Positions 9,501 to 19,735 are shown, counted from the first letter of the stretch. The stretch is 33,000 nucleotides of DNA from Octopus sinensis (GCF_006345805.1 NC_042997.1:202027001-202060000), one strand, 5' to 3'. The notes: a model not told the origin generated them from the letters alone. Numbers and translations: made by a program.

Positions 9501-10399
9501 TTGAGAAGGTATGAAAAATTAATCACAAATTATACAAGAACTCTTTATGATGCTGATGTAGTGCTGTTACATGCAAGAGAGGACCTAACTATCCATTTAT
9601 GAGTGTTTGGAACATACATTAAATTGAGGGGTAATTATGGTAGAGCAATTAAACTAAGGAGAAATAATGGTTATATAATTGGTAGTGACACTCTCTAGAG
9701 GTGGAGATAATTTTAATAAATCAGGATTTCATGTTGTATTTGATGCACCTTATTTGTCTAGCCCCAGCATGGCCGCGGCCTTCGGGCTAAAACATTTTTA
9801 AGGATTTAAGGATATATGTTCCAGAAGCCACTGTGAGATATTTCTCCTCACTCAATTTTTGTTTAACTTATGCAAATTACTTTGATCATAAATGTGCTAT
9901 GCTCTTGTCTGTGTCTGTCTCTTGACTACTGAAGACAGGTGAGGAGAATTGTCATGCTGATGATGATTACTGAGGTAGAAACATGTAGTCATAACTGTCC
10001 ATTAGTTCTCTTATCTCCAGATAATAATCTTGTCTTGTTCCTTAATGGTGTGTCAACTATGGAGAAATCTTGATAATATCTCCCCTTATCACACACAGTT
10101 GTTCTTAATTACACATCCTCTAGAGGTAGAGATAATTTTAATAAATCAAGAATTTATATTGTATGGTATTTGATATACCTGTATCTGTCTACATTGCTGA
10201 TATATATGCCTCTGGCCACTCTGAATTATTTCCCTTGGCTCATTTTTGCTATTTGTATACCTATCTATTGTGCCCCTCCTCTTTACCACTGTACAATTCC
10301 GTTGATATAATGAAGGAAAACATTGCATCTGTCCCTACTCAGTCATCCATATTCCCACTTATCTTAGTTTTTAATCGGAAAAATCAATGGATTTTTTTG

Positions 10400-10734
10400 T
10401 GATGAAACAAAAGTGTGATGAACCCAGCACTTCATCTGGTAAATGAGTTAGGCCCAGACACTTTACAGTCGAAGAAATTATTGATATTTATTCTTTGGGT
10501 GAAGTTAACTCTTATGCAGACAATGGGAGTGATTTGGACAAGTGATGAAAGAAAGTAGTGACTTGGGTGAGTGAACAAATAGTTGAGAGAAATGCCTATT
10601 ATTGTTATTCATCTGAATCTTTTTGTGATTCTATCCATTAGTTTGCTTGCAATCGTTACTCTTGAGCTGTGTGTGCAGCTTGCTTAGGAGCCCTGGGTGA
10701 GGTTAGACACGGGCCCAGGTCTAAGAGGGTTAAC
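10400..10734 (+). mobile_element. possible piggyBac-derived relic (acidic N-terminus-like frame plus right terminus)
   Basis: Ends ...CTAAGAGGG-TTAA; stop-interrupted frame DEPSTSSGK*VRPRHFTVEEIIDIYSLGEVNSYADNGSDLDK; no matching left end found. Confidence 0.35.
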
Positions 10735-10775
10735 CATACAGATAAAAATTCTTACGCATGCACATTTTCTCTAAT

Positions 10776-11000
10776 GTGGCATGTAAAAAGCACCATCCGA
10801 CAGTGGCCGTTTGCCAGCCCCGTCTGGCACCTAAAAAGCACCCACTACACTCACAGAGTGGTTGGCGTTAGGAAGGGCATCCAGCCGTAGAAGCACTGCC
10901 AGATCAGACTGGGCCTGGTGCAGCCTTCTGGCTTCCCAGACCCCAGTTGAACCGTTCAACCCATGCTAGCACGGAAAGCAGGCGCTAAATGATGATGATG
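10776..11000 (+). mobile_element. family C element, 3' part
   Basis: Two AAAAAGCACC modules, AGGAAGGGCATCCAGCCGTAGAA, (GAT)n tail. Confidence 0.9.
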
Positions 11001-11630
11001 TACTTTTAGCATAAATTCAATAAGTTCTTTGGAAGATTTTCTTTTTAAAGATGGAAAAAAAAAAGGAAATTCCTTACTAGTAAACACAATTGGGTGTTAG
11101 TTGGGGACTATATTCTTCACAGTTTATTCCAAATTCATATTTGTTATTCAAAATTATTCTAAGATTGATTTCCTATTTATTCTTTAGCAGAGTCCAGTTG
11201 ATTTGTCCAAAAAAGAAATACAATCTAGTTGCACTTAGAATGATGCAGGCTGTCAGCGAAAACATTAATCTTAAGAATGTTTTGCAATTATTCAAGTCTG
11301 TGGTGCAAAAATACAAAATATTCTTGAAACAATAAAGAAAGGAGCAAATTGAAAATATGAATCAGAATTTCGGTTAATGTGCCAATATTTCCTTAATTTG
11401 GAAATGCCAGAGATTTTTGCTTTTCTTTCCACTCTATTACAATGGCACTTATATTGAACTCCATAAATTATGATAATTTCTCTAAATTCTTGAAATGTCT
11501 TGAGGCTTTGTGATAAGGAATGTTTGTTTGCAATTTGAAATTATTGAATTAAGCTTTTAATTCCTCAAAGGTATATCTTTGCATATTTTTATAAATTCAG
11601 TTTTACTTTTTCCATCATAATTATCTTCGT

Positions 11631-11998
11631 TTATCATTTACTTGTTTCAATCATTAGACCATGGCCATGCTGGGGCACCGCTTTGAACAATTTTTAGTCA
11701 AATGGATCAACTCCTGTTTTTTTGGGTTTTTTTTTATTTTTATAAGCCTGATACTTATTCTGTTGGTCTCTTCCTGAACTGCTATGTTATAGGGATGTAA
11801 ACCAACCAACACCAGTTGTCAATCAATGGTGGGCAACAAAGACTGATGCAAAGAATGCCTATCAACTCCACTTGCAAGGCTTTGGTCAGCCCGAGGCTAT
11901 GTAGTAGAAGAGTCTCGCCCAGGGTGTCACACAGTGGGACTGAACCTGGAATCATGTGATCAGGGAGCAAGCGTCTTACCACACAGCCACACGAGTGT
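11631..11998 (-). mobile_element. family B SINE, near full length
   Basis: Same tail and head motifs as 7555-7959. Confidence 0.85.
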
Positions 11999-12519
11999 CC
12001 TTGCTTAAGCAAGAACACAATGTACTGACTTGTCCAGGAGTCAAGGCCATGATCTTTCGACAGTGAGTCCTATAGTCTGTCCAACCTGTAGGAATATTTG
12101 AACTGCTGGACATGCTCACACTGATCTAGTGTAAAAGACCAAAGCCACTCAACTCCAAAGGTAATGCTTCTGCATGGATGTGACAGTGATAACTAAAAGT
12201 AAAAAAGTGAAAAACAAACAAAAAAAAAAAAAAGCAAAAACCTTTTTGATAGTGACACAGTTGATAGGTTTCTAAGCCGTAGCTGATGTCTGTGATTCCC
12301 TGTTGTCTGTTCAGCTTATATGAACTAACATTATTTTATCCTATAATCATGTACATCGTATTTGTCCTCTCAGTTTTCAAAAGTTAAAACCACTGTCCAC
12401 GTTTTAATGTAATATGCTGCTAGATTTCAAAGCCAAAGTATAATAACGTTTTTTTTGTTTTTGTTTGGTATTTTTGTTTGTTTGTTTTTTTTTGTGTTAA
12501 AAAACAACCAACAGACCTT

Positions 12520-12525
12520 TTTATT
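12520..12525 (-). terminator. candidate polyadenylation signal of the - strand gene
   Basis: AATAAA on the - strand followed by a GT/T-rich stretch (GGTCTGTTGGTTGTTTTTT). Confidence 0.3.
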
Positions 12526-12644
12526 CATCATCAAAGTGAAATTTCTCTAAGCTTGATGTCGGTTCAGACTTGGACACCACACTACCGTTTGTTGTTTTAC
12601 TGTTTTTACTATTTGTACATTAGGCTTTTAAATAAAAATGTGTT

Positions 12645-12674
12645 TTAATACGAGTCTCTCGCAACTAGATTTCT
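12645..12674 (-). CDS. candidate terminal exon RNLVARDSY*
   Basis: Strong acceptor ttttttattttttttattttaaag|A; phase 0. A second AG 2 nt further gives KSSCERLVLKHIFI*. Confidence 0.25.
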   Translation of the reverse strand, partial: RNLVARDSY

Positions 12675-12859
12675 CTTTAAAATAAAAAAAATAAAAAATT
12701 TTAAAAATACAAAAGGATTTCCATTTATTCAATTACTAGAAATAATTAATCATCAAAGACAAAAAAAATAAAAAAGTTTTTTATTTCATATTTGACTTTT
12801 TTAACACTGATAATTCTCTTCTTTGGAAAAACTAATTATGCGATTATTAGGAATCCTAC

Positions 12860-12919
12860 TGCTGTATAATTTTGATAAGGAAGACAAAATTCTGATGAAT
12901 TAGCAACTTCATAAACTAT
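12860..12919 (-). CDS. candidate exon IVYEVANSSEFCLPYQNYTA
   Basis: Acceptor actttgcatagttttag|A; donor GCA|gtagga (modest); 60 nt; phase 0->0. Confidence 0.35.
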
Positions 12920-13100
12920 CTAAAACTATGCAAAGTGTATTTATTTATTTATTTTGTTCTTCCTAAACCAATCAGTGATTATTATATGTTGCTTGGTAGT
13001 TATTGTTTATAGTCCAGTGATTACAATTTCTTAATCAGTAAATTATTTCTACACTGTACTACCATTCACCAATATAATTTGTGCTACCAACTATTACAAA

Positions 13101-13310
13101 TGGTATTGGCAGACTCGTTAGCACACCAGGCAGAGTGTTCACTGACTTTTCGTCCGTCTTTGCATTCTGGGTTCAGATTCCACTAAGATCAACTTTGCTT
13201 TTCATCATTTCGGGGTCAATGAAATAAGTGTTGGGGTCAGTGTTATCAACTAGCCCCCTCCCCCAAATTTCAGGCTTTGGTCTTTAGTAGAAAGGATTAT
13301 TATTATTATT
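13101..13310 (+). mobile_element. family A3 SINE with (ATT)n tail
   Basis: A-type head and core; tail CCCCAAATTTCAGGC..AGTAGAAAGG(ATT)5. Confidence 0.8.
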
Positions 13311-13866
13311 TTCTCTTTATCACAGGTTTTTTTGGAGCTCCTGGGGTTTTGCATGCATAGCAGGCTTGCTACCTGCAGTCTATGGTACCATGCTATTCAT
13401 TTTTTTTCAGCTATCTAATACTTTCCTGATTCTTCTGGCCATGCCAAGGAGGCAAACCTTTTGCAACAGTTCTACTGGGCATTCTATTCCGATTTCCTTT
13501 ATATTCCCCTTGATGCCTTCTGATACTGTCCCCAAGGACCCAACAATAAGTGGCACTATCTTCCCCTTCTTCATTTTCCATAGCCAGACTATTTCGTACT
13601 TAAGAGGGTTGTATCCATTTATCTTTTCATCTTCCTTCTTGAATAGTCATGCATCAAAAGGGCATGTAACATCAACTATATAGCGTATGTGGTGCACCTT
13701 GTCCACCACCACTAGGTCCAGTCTGTTATGCTCTAGCACCTGATCTGTTAGAATTGGAAAATCCCAAAGGATTTTGCTAGTTTCCAACTCTGCTACTCAC
13801 TGTGGTTTGTGCTCATACCACGTCTTGCCTCTCTCTAGCCTCCACATAACAAACTAGTTTGTTATG
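13311..13866 (-). mobile_element. 5'-truncated R4/Dong-clade non-LTR retrotransposon: restriction-like endonuclease domain plus 3' UTR (degenerate)
   Basis: - strand translation WYEHKPQ*V..KILWDFPILTDQVLEHNRLDLVVVDKVHHIRYIVDVTCPFDA*..KEDEKINGYNPLKYEIVWLWKM..IVPLIVGSLGTVS..LLQKVCLLGMARRIRKVLDS* (stop 13407-13409). This is the characteristic RLE C-terminus; it has one frameshift and internal stops. Confidence 0.85.
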
Positions 13867-14046
13867 ATATGTGGTTTGCGTCTGAAGAATATGTTTGAGT
13901 TCTCTCAACATATGAAACTATTAGTAGCGCTTTAATACATGTATTGTGACCTTTAAATAATTAATATTTATCTCACACCAGAGTACTTTTTTGGTTGAAT
14001 TTTCTACCACAGATCAATACATTATATACTTGTGTATATATATATA

Positions 14047-14214
14047 TCATCATCATCGTTTAATGTCCACTTTCCATGCTAGCATGGGTTATATCATCAT
14101 TATCATCATCATCATTTAACGTCTGCTTTCCATGCTAGCATGGGTTGTATATATATATATATATATATAAATGATGATGATGATGATGATATATATATAT
14201 ATAAAATGATGAAA
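14047..14214. mobile_element. cluster of extremely truncated family C tails in a (TA)n tract
   Basis: Two - strand pieces (14047-14090 and 14091-14146), each (CAT)n..TTTCCATGCTAGCATGGGTT, plus a + strand AAA(TGA)n run at 14169-14190. Confidence 0.75.
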
Positions 14215-14536
14215 GGAAGAAAATGGAGAATTATGGATGTTTAAATAATTTATTTGTATGATATAATGAGGTTGAAAAGTTTTTATAAAAACAATACAAA
14301 AAATAATGAATTATAAAACTCTAAAAGAAACAACAGATGCCATAATCCCTAGCATATCGCTGAGACTTTCTCCTTATATAAGTGATTAACCAGTGAAATT
14401 CTTGGATTATTTAATCCCTAATGAGGACCTGACATCCTCGAATTGACTGGAACAACATGGTTGCAAAGCAAATTTAAAATCAGAGCCATGCCCGCAGCTG
14501 TCAAGAATGGTTGCTCAGTCAACTGGGGATAGTTAC

Positions 14537-14593
14537 CTGTGGCAGGTTAGTATCCAATCCATGGGGATAGCTAATTGCTATTTGCTTAAATAC
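14537..14593 (-). CDS. candidate exon VFKQIAISYPHGLDTNLPQ
   Basis: Strong acceptor tgtgtttttctgttatttcaag|G; donor CAG|gtaact; 57 nt; phase 0->0. Confidence 0.5.
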
Positions 14594-14709
14594 CTTGAAA
14601 TAACAGAAAAACACATTCTGTTAAGAATTAACTTCATTAGAATATTTCTAATGTTAGATGATGATGAATCAGGTCTGGATTAGCTAATCTGTAAGTGTAG
14701 ATTACTTAC

Positions 14710-14780
14710 AATTGGACTTGTATATTTCAAGCGTTCGTTGTGTGCTTCATATTCTAAAGAAGTACTACAACCATCCATGG
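14710..14780 (-). CDS. candidate exon (A)MDGCSTSLEYEAHNERLKYTSPI (or a shorter form starting at 14753)
   Basis: Consensus donor ATT|gtaagt; 116-nt intron to the next exon, in phase; two in-frame acceptors (tgcttgtgacag, tacttctttag), both phase 1. Confidence 0.45.
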
Positions 14781-14815
14781 CTGTCACAAGCAAATACCAC
14801 TTAGGAGCATGTACT

Positions 14816-15123
14816 ATCATCGTCATTGTTTAACGTCCGGTTTCCATGCTAGCATGGGTTGGATGGTTCAACAGGGGTTTGAGAAGCCAGGAGGCTGTAC
14901 CAGGCTCCAGTCTGATCTGACAGTGTTTCTACAGCTGGATGCCCTTCCTAACACCAACCACTTCGTAAGTGTAGTGGGTGCTTTTTTATGTGCCACTGGC
15001 ACAGGTGCCAGGTGAGGCTGGCAGTGGTCACGATCGGTTGGTGCTTTATACGTGCCACCGACACGGAAGCCAGTCAAGGCGGCGCTGGCATCGGCCACAT
15101 TCGGATGGTGCTTTTTACATGCT
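14816..15123 (-). mobile_element. family C element with several 5' modules
   Basis: (CAT)n tail; GGATGCCCTTCCTAA; repeated GTGCCAC(C/T)GGCAC modules. Confidence 0.9.
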
Positions 15124-15239
15124 GCTTTCATTAATTGTTTTAGGCCACAGACACCCTCTTGACCTTCCTAACTTTTGACCCAGTAGAATATAGAGGATGT
15201 GGGGAGTAAAGGAAGAGAGGATTGCACCAGCACCCAACT

Positions 15240-15364
15240 AGCACATTACACAAAATGAAGTGCTTTGCTCAAGGATATATAACACACAGCTCTGATTGGA
15301 AAATGAACCTGTAACCTTATGATTGTGAGCTTACCATCCTAATCCACTGGGCCTCACATCTTCA
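15240..15364 (-). mobile_element. family D SINE 5' fragment (old)
   Basis: TGAAGTGCTTTGCTCAAGGA..AACAC..; similar to 24306-24542. Confidence 0.55.
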
Positions 15365-15769
15365 CAAAGAAGTCTTAGAACAATAATTACTTTTGTTTCT
15401 GATAGAGAAGTGATTTAAATGCATTTGCACAATGTTAACACCAACTGTTGGTTTCTGTCTTTTCTATTAGTTTTCAAGGCCAGCCAGTGTATGCAGCTGA
15501 CAGCACACATTAACAACAAGGAGACAGTCAAAATGAGCATCTATTCCACAGAAATATATCAGACAGCAGTATTGAAACGGCTCTTAGTTTATATCGCATT
15601 ACTTGATTGGTTTATTATAGACGTGATAACACTTCTGAAACTAGATAAAATATTACGCACTTCTCAAAATGCATAACTTATTTTACTACACTTGTGCAAT
15701 AATTAATTTGGTTGCGTTTGTGTAGTGTTTAATTTATGCATTATTAGTTATTAAAGCTATTATATAATA

Positions 15770-16204
15770 GTCTTTTCCTTGATAATCAACGTCCAATATT
15801 TTAATTCCAGGTTTGTCCCCATTAACGGTAGTGGCTGGATATACCTCAGTCTTACAGCAACCACTCTCACACCATCTCGCCATCTCACCCAGTTTTGGGC
15901 ATCCTCACTCCTTGAGCCAACCTTCCCAATCTCCTCCTCCTTCACGTGTCCCCTTCACATTTTCTTTGGCTGACCTTGCTTTCGTGGTTCATTCACCTTA
16001 AACTCAAGCACTCTCCTCAGAACATGATCTTCATCCCTCCTCAACACATGTCCTTACCACTGCACTCCATTCGTCCTGGCCAACTGCACCACCGATTCCT
16101 CCAACCCCAGCATCCCCATCAAGTCCTCAGCCCTCCTTTTATCCAATAGTCTCACACATTGCTCTCATCATTGCTGTCTCAATCCTCCTCAAAATTGGCA
16201 TTTT
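15770..16204 (-). mobile_element. RTE-clade LINE 3' fragment (degenerate)
   Basis: - strand translation ILRRIETAMMRAMC..DLMGMLGLEESVVQLARTNGVQW*GHVLRRDEDHVLRRVLEFKVNEPRKQGQPKKM*RGHVKEE..EDAQNWVRWRDGV matches the post-RT RTE pattern (R..RW.GHV.R, G.P.K.W, DA..R..WR). Confidence 0.85.
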
Positions 16205-16267
16205 GGAGAGAGAGAGAGAGTATTTAGAAACTACACCAGAACAGAGGCATTAGTTCTCTCTCCCTCA

Positions 16268-16304
<37 letters not shown>

Positions 16305-16314
16305 CCTCTCTCTC
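16205..16314. repeat. (GA)n and (TC)n microsatellites in inverted arrangement
   Basis: Direct reading. Confidence 0.9.
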
Positions 16315-16319
16315 ACAAA

Positions 16320-16495
16320 CTGTGTCATTCATTTCCAATAGTCTGCAAAAAAGAAGTCTAACCATAGGGAAATATTATCTTGCTTGGAAACAGATATGGG
16401 TCGGCAACAGGAAGGGCATCTGGCTGTAGATATTCCTCAACAAATTCCATCTGACCTATGCAAGTAGGAAAAACGGCTGTAAAATGATGAAGATA
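16320..16495 (+). mobile_element. family B2 SINE 3' tail (RTE-type end)
   Basis: CTTGCTTGGAAACAG..GGCAACAGGAAGGGCATC..CCATCTGACCTATGCAAG..ATGATGA. Confidence 0.7.
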
Positions 16496-16851
16496 AGTTT
16501 TCTATTGCCAACTATTTCTATGGTTGCAGAAGTGACGTAGCAGAGCAATATGCACATGAAAATATTTTTAAACACATCAGAATTTAATTAGCTATTTCTG
16601 ACTGCCATAGCAATCATTAGAAAATGCATCACATTTATTAATTTGCTATATGCAGAAGATGGGATATATTTATCTATTCACATGCAAAAATGCATATTTT
16701 TGTGGTTTGAACTTCATATGTGCAAGACACACAAAAAAGACAGCTGTTAAATTAATGCTGTTAAGTAGGTTTTTTTTTGTTTGTTTGTTTGTTTTTTCCT
16801 ACGTTGTGACCATGTTGGAGCATATGGCAAATCAACTTTGTTGCAAATAAC

Positions 16852-17027
16852 CTTTTTTAAACAGTTTATATTTGGAATTTCCTCGATAATTATCAATGGA
16901 ATTGTCTGTAAAACTTCACCAATTCTGATTTTTTAAATTCAAATTATAAATGCCGTAATACTGTTACGCTTCTCTGAGAAAGAGTGACTATACATTCTTG
17001 AGATAATGATTTAAACAGATGTGCAGT
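16852..17027 (-). CDS. two weak candidate exons: 16994-17027 TAHLFKSLSQE and 16852-16905 (Y)NSIDNYRGNSKYKLFKK(G)
   Basis: Both have ttttacag acceptors and phase-compatible ends (0->1, 1->1), but the donors are weak (gtatag, gttatt). Confidence 0.2.
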
Positions 17028-17267
17028 CTGTAAAATTGTAAAAGTTCAATTAATTTTACAATTGTTGATATTAACATCCTTTGCCTTCCAGGTATATCTG
17101 GACAGTGAGGTGGTGAGGTATCATTCTGAATATCTCAATGTTTATATATGTTGTGAGAATCTTTTGAAATTTTTGTTTCTCTATTGTTTACAAGAGAGAT
17201 CTAATCTTGATAAATTAAGAAATATTAAGGTTGTTGCAATTATTTAGAGAAGTGTTTTTGAATGTTC

Positions 17268-17678
17268 GGATCCTTTTGGTTTGAACGGCAGTTTTTAACA
17301 TAATTTCTAGGTAACTAAAAAATTTTAAACTTCGTATACTTTTAGAATGTGTTTATAAAACATCTTTTTCTCTTGGCTTTATAGAGAAAATTCTATAGTT
17401 TGTAAGATATTTGTTGTTTTTTATCTTCAATTTCTGCAATTTCAACCAATTAATGACTTCTATTGAGGTAAAAAAACATTCTGTGCCATATGAATATGTC
17501 CCTCGTTTAAGAAACAGATTGGATTTATTTACATTTGTGAAGAAAAAAAGATACCCTTCCCCCACCCCTAACCCTAAGACAGATTGAAATGCAATAGATC
17601 GATACTAGGGTCATAATTATGGGTGACAATTTCATATAACACCGCTAGAAAAAACTGCCGTTCAAACTGGAAAAATCC
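17268..17678. mobile_element. non-autonomous DNA transposon (411 bp), GG-starting TIRs, 8-bp TSD; Merlin-like or hAT
   Basis: TIRs GGATCCTTTTGGTTTGAACGGCAGTTTTT / AAAAACTGCCGTTCAAACTGGAAAAATCC; exact TSD GAATGTTC at 17260-17267 and 17679-17686. Confidence 0.85.
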
Positions 17679-17741
17679 GAATGTTCTTATGTATATGCTG
17701 GTTATGGAAGCAGTGAAGTTTCGGTTTTCACTGTAACTCAC

Positions 17742-17783
17742 CTGAATGTTATTTTTAGTTAAAGATTTTATGAAATCTTTACT
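17742..17783 (-). CDS. candidate exon SKDFIKSLTKNNIQ
   Basis: Perfect donor CAG|gtgagt; acceptor catgtttcctctag|A; 42 nt; phase 0->0. Confidence 0.45.
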
Positions 17784-18513
17784 CTAGAGGAAACATGTAT
17801 AGAGTGTTCCAAAAACAACAAAGGTTTAATGTATATGGAGGATTATACCAGGAAATATTGTTTCCTGCGTTTGCATTTTTCAGTATTGCTACTGTTCTTT
17901 ATGAAATGTATTTCCTCAAATTACACCTCACCGTCTTAAAAAAAGGGGAAAAAAACTTTGGTTAATGTTGGGTTAATTAAATGCTAGAAGACCTTCGTCC
18001 ATTGGTCAGTTCAGTCAGAGCAGACATAGGGGACTAAACAACAACCACCTTTGGAAAAATGTTAGAAAAACAACTTTATTCTGTATTTGTTTCTCTTAAG
18101 AATTCCTTGTCATTCCAATAATAATATCATTTCCATAGACTTGCAAATTTTTATATCTCTCTATGTTGGAAGTTTTGGAAAATTGGGTAAATTTCTACAG
18201 TAGCATAAACCCAATTATCTATATACTCTTATTAAAACTGGTCAAATAATTCTGTTGATAATGGCTCTTTGCTTTAGGAAATTAAATAAAAACATTTACG
18301 TAGTTGTAATATTTTGAGATGTACTATGAGTTTTATAGATAAAGAGTTATCTCCCTTGCCGGACATTGTTCACAAGGCATGACAGGAAATGGGAGGATAT
18401 AAATGGTGGTGTTCTGGGATGCGAGGGGGGGGGGGTCTGCTATGAGATTCTCTGGTACAATTGCACTCAGACATTGATATGCGATATTCATTGCAGTATC
18501 CCTTCATCTGCAG

Positions 18514-18922
18514 TATTCTTTTCTACTCAAGGCACAAAGCCCAACATTTTCGGGGAGTGGTGGGGGGGGAGGGCAGACGATTAGATCAACCTCAGTACAC
18601 AACTGGTACTTAATTTTTGACCCCGAAAGGTTGAAAGGCAGAGTCAACCTCGGTGGAATTTGAACTCAGAGCGTAACAGCAGACGAAATACCTATTTCTT
18701 TACTACCCACAAGGGGCTAGACACAGAAGGGACAAACAAGGACAGACAAAGGGATTAAGTCGATTACATCGACCACAGTGCATAACTGGTACTTATTTAA
18801 TCGACCCCGAAAGGATGAAAGGTAAAAGTCGACCTCGGCAGAATTTGAACTCAGAACGTAACGGCAGACGAAATACAGCTATGCATTTCGCCCGGCGTGC
18901 TAACGTTTCTGCCAGCTCGCCG
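18514..18922 (-). mobile_element. dimeric family A SINE (full A1 monomer plus head-less A3 monomer)
   Basis: A1 at 18693-~18925, joined via AAAGAAATA|GGTATTTCGTCTG to a second core and A3 tail; whole unit flanked by CCTTCATCTGCAG at 18501-18513 and 18923-18935. Confidence 0.8.
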
Positions 18923-19523
18923 CCTTCATCTGCAGACACTATTTCCAAGATAGGAGTCTAGCTGGTCATTACTCATTGATGTGAATCTCTTCCTACCAGC
19001 TAAGAAGACATTCCAGTAGTCTCCTCATCTCGCTTCTATTTCATCGTCATCCACTTAAACTTTATATGTGGAATGTTTAATCTCATCCACTTTTAATTGG
19101 ATTAATTCATAAATGCTGTTTTTTTTTTATTTTTGTTGTTGGTTTTTGATATTTAAAAAAAAAAATATTTATAGATTTATTTTTAATTTTTTAATTAGTG
19201 TTACATTTTATTTTGATAATATTCTCTGTCAAGCGTATATTATAATCCAAGGTGATGCAGGAATAGCTGATGTCTTCAATTGAATAACCTTAATGTCATT
19301 AGTATAATTGTGTATAATTATATTAAGTCCAATCACATTCTGAAATGAATCTTTCCAAGTAGCTTGAAAAGTTTAATTATTGTTGAGAGTGTCGCAACAG
19401 AATATTCTGTTGTTACTGTTTATCTTACAGGAGCAACTATATTCTTATCTGTCAAAATTTAAGTCTATATTTTCTTTTTGCATGCATTGACTGTCTTTTG
19501 ATTAGAGAAGGCACGACTCACAC

Positions 19524-19702
19524 ATGCTGCCTGTGTGGTTAAGAAGCTTGCTTTGCAACCATAGGGATTCAGGTTCAGTCCAGCTGCATGGCACCTTAGA
19601 CAAATGTCTTCTACTATAACTCCAGACCAGCCAATGCCTTGCGAGTGAAATTGGTCAATGGAAACTGTGTAGAAGCTAGTTTTTTGTATGCATATCTATC
19701 TA

Positions 19703-19735
<33 letters not shown>

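Noticed and set aside
11090-11480. 81-aa ORF and adjacent protein-like frames
   Set aside because: No consistent splice or start context and stops in the neighbouring frames; possibly a decayed element, not supportable as a gene.
17566-17577. CCCTAACCCTAA telomeric hexamers
   Set aside because: Only two units, internal to a MITE; not an interstitial telomere.
19395-19412. 18-bp perfect palindrome CAACAGAAT|ATTCTGTTG (also a small hairpin at about 29024-29047)
   Set aside because: Isolated, with no associated TSD, array or element boundary; not distinguishable from chance.
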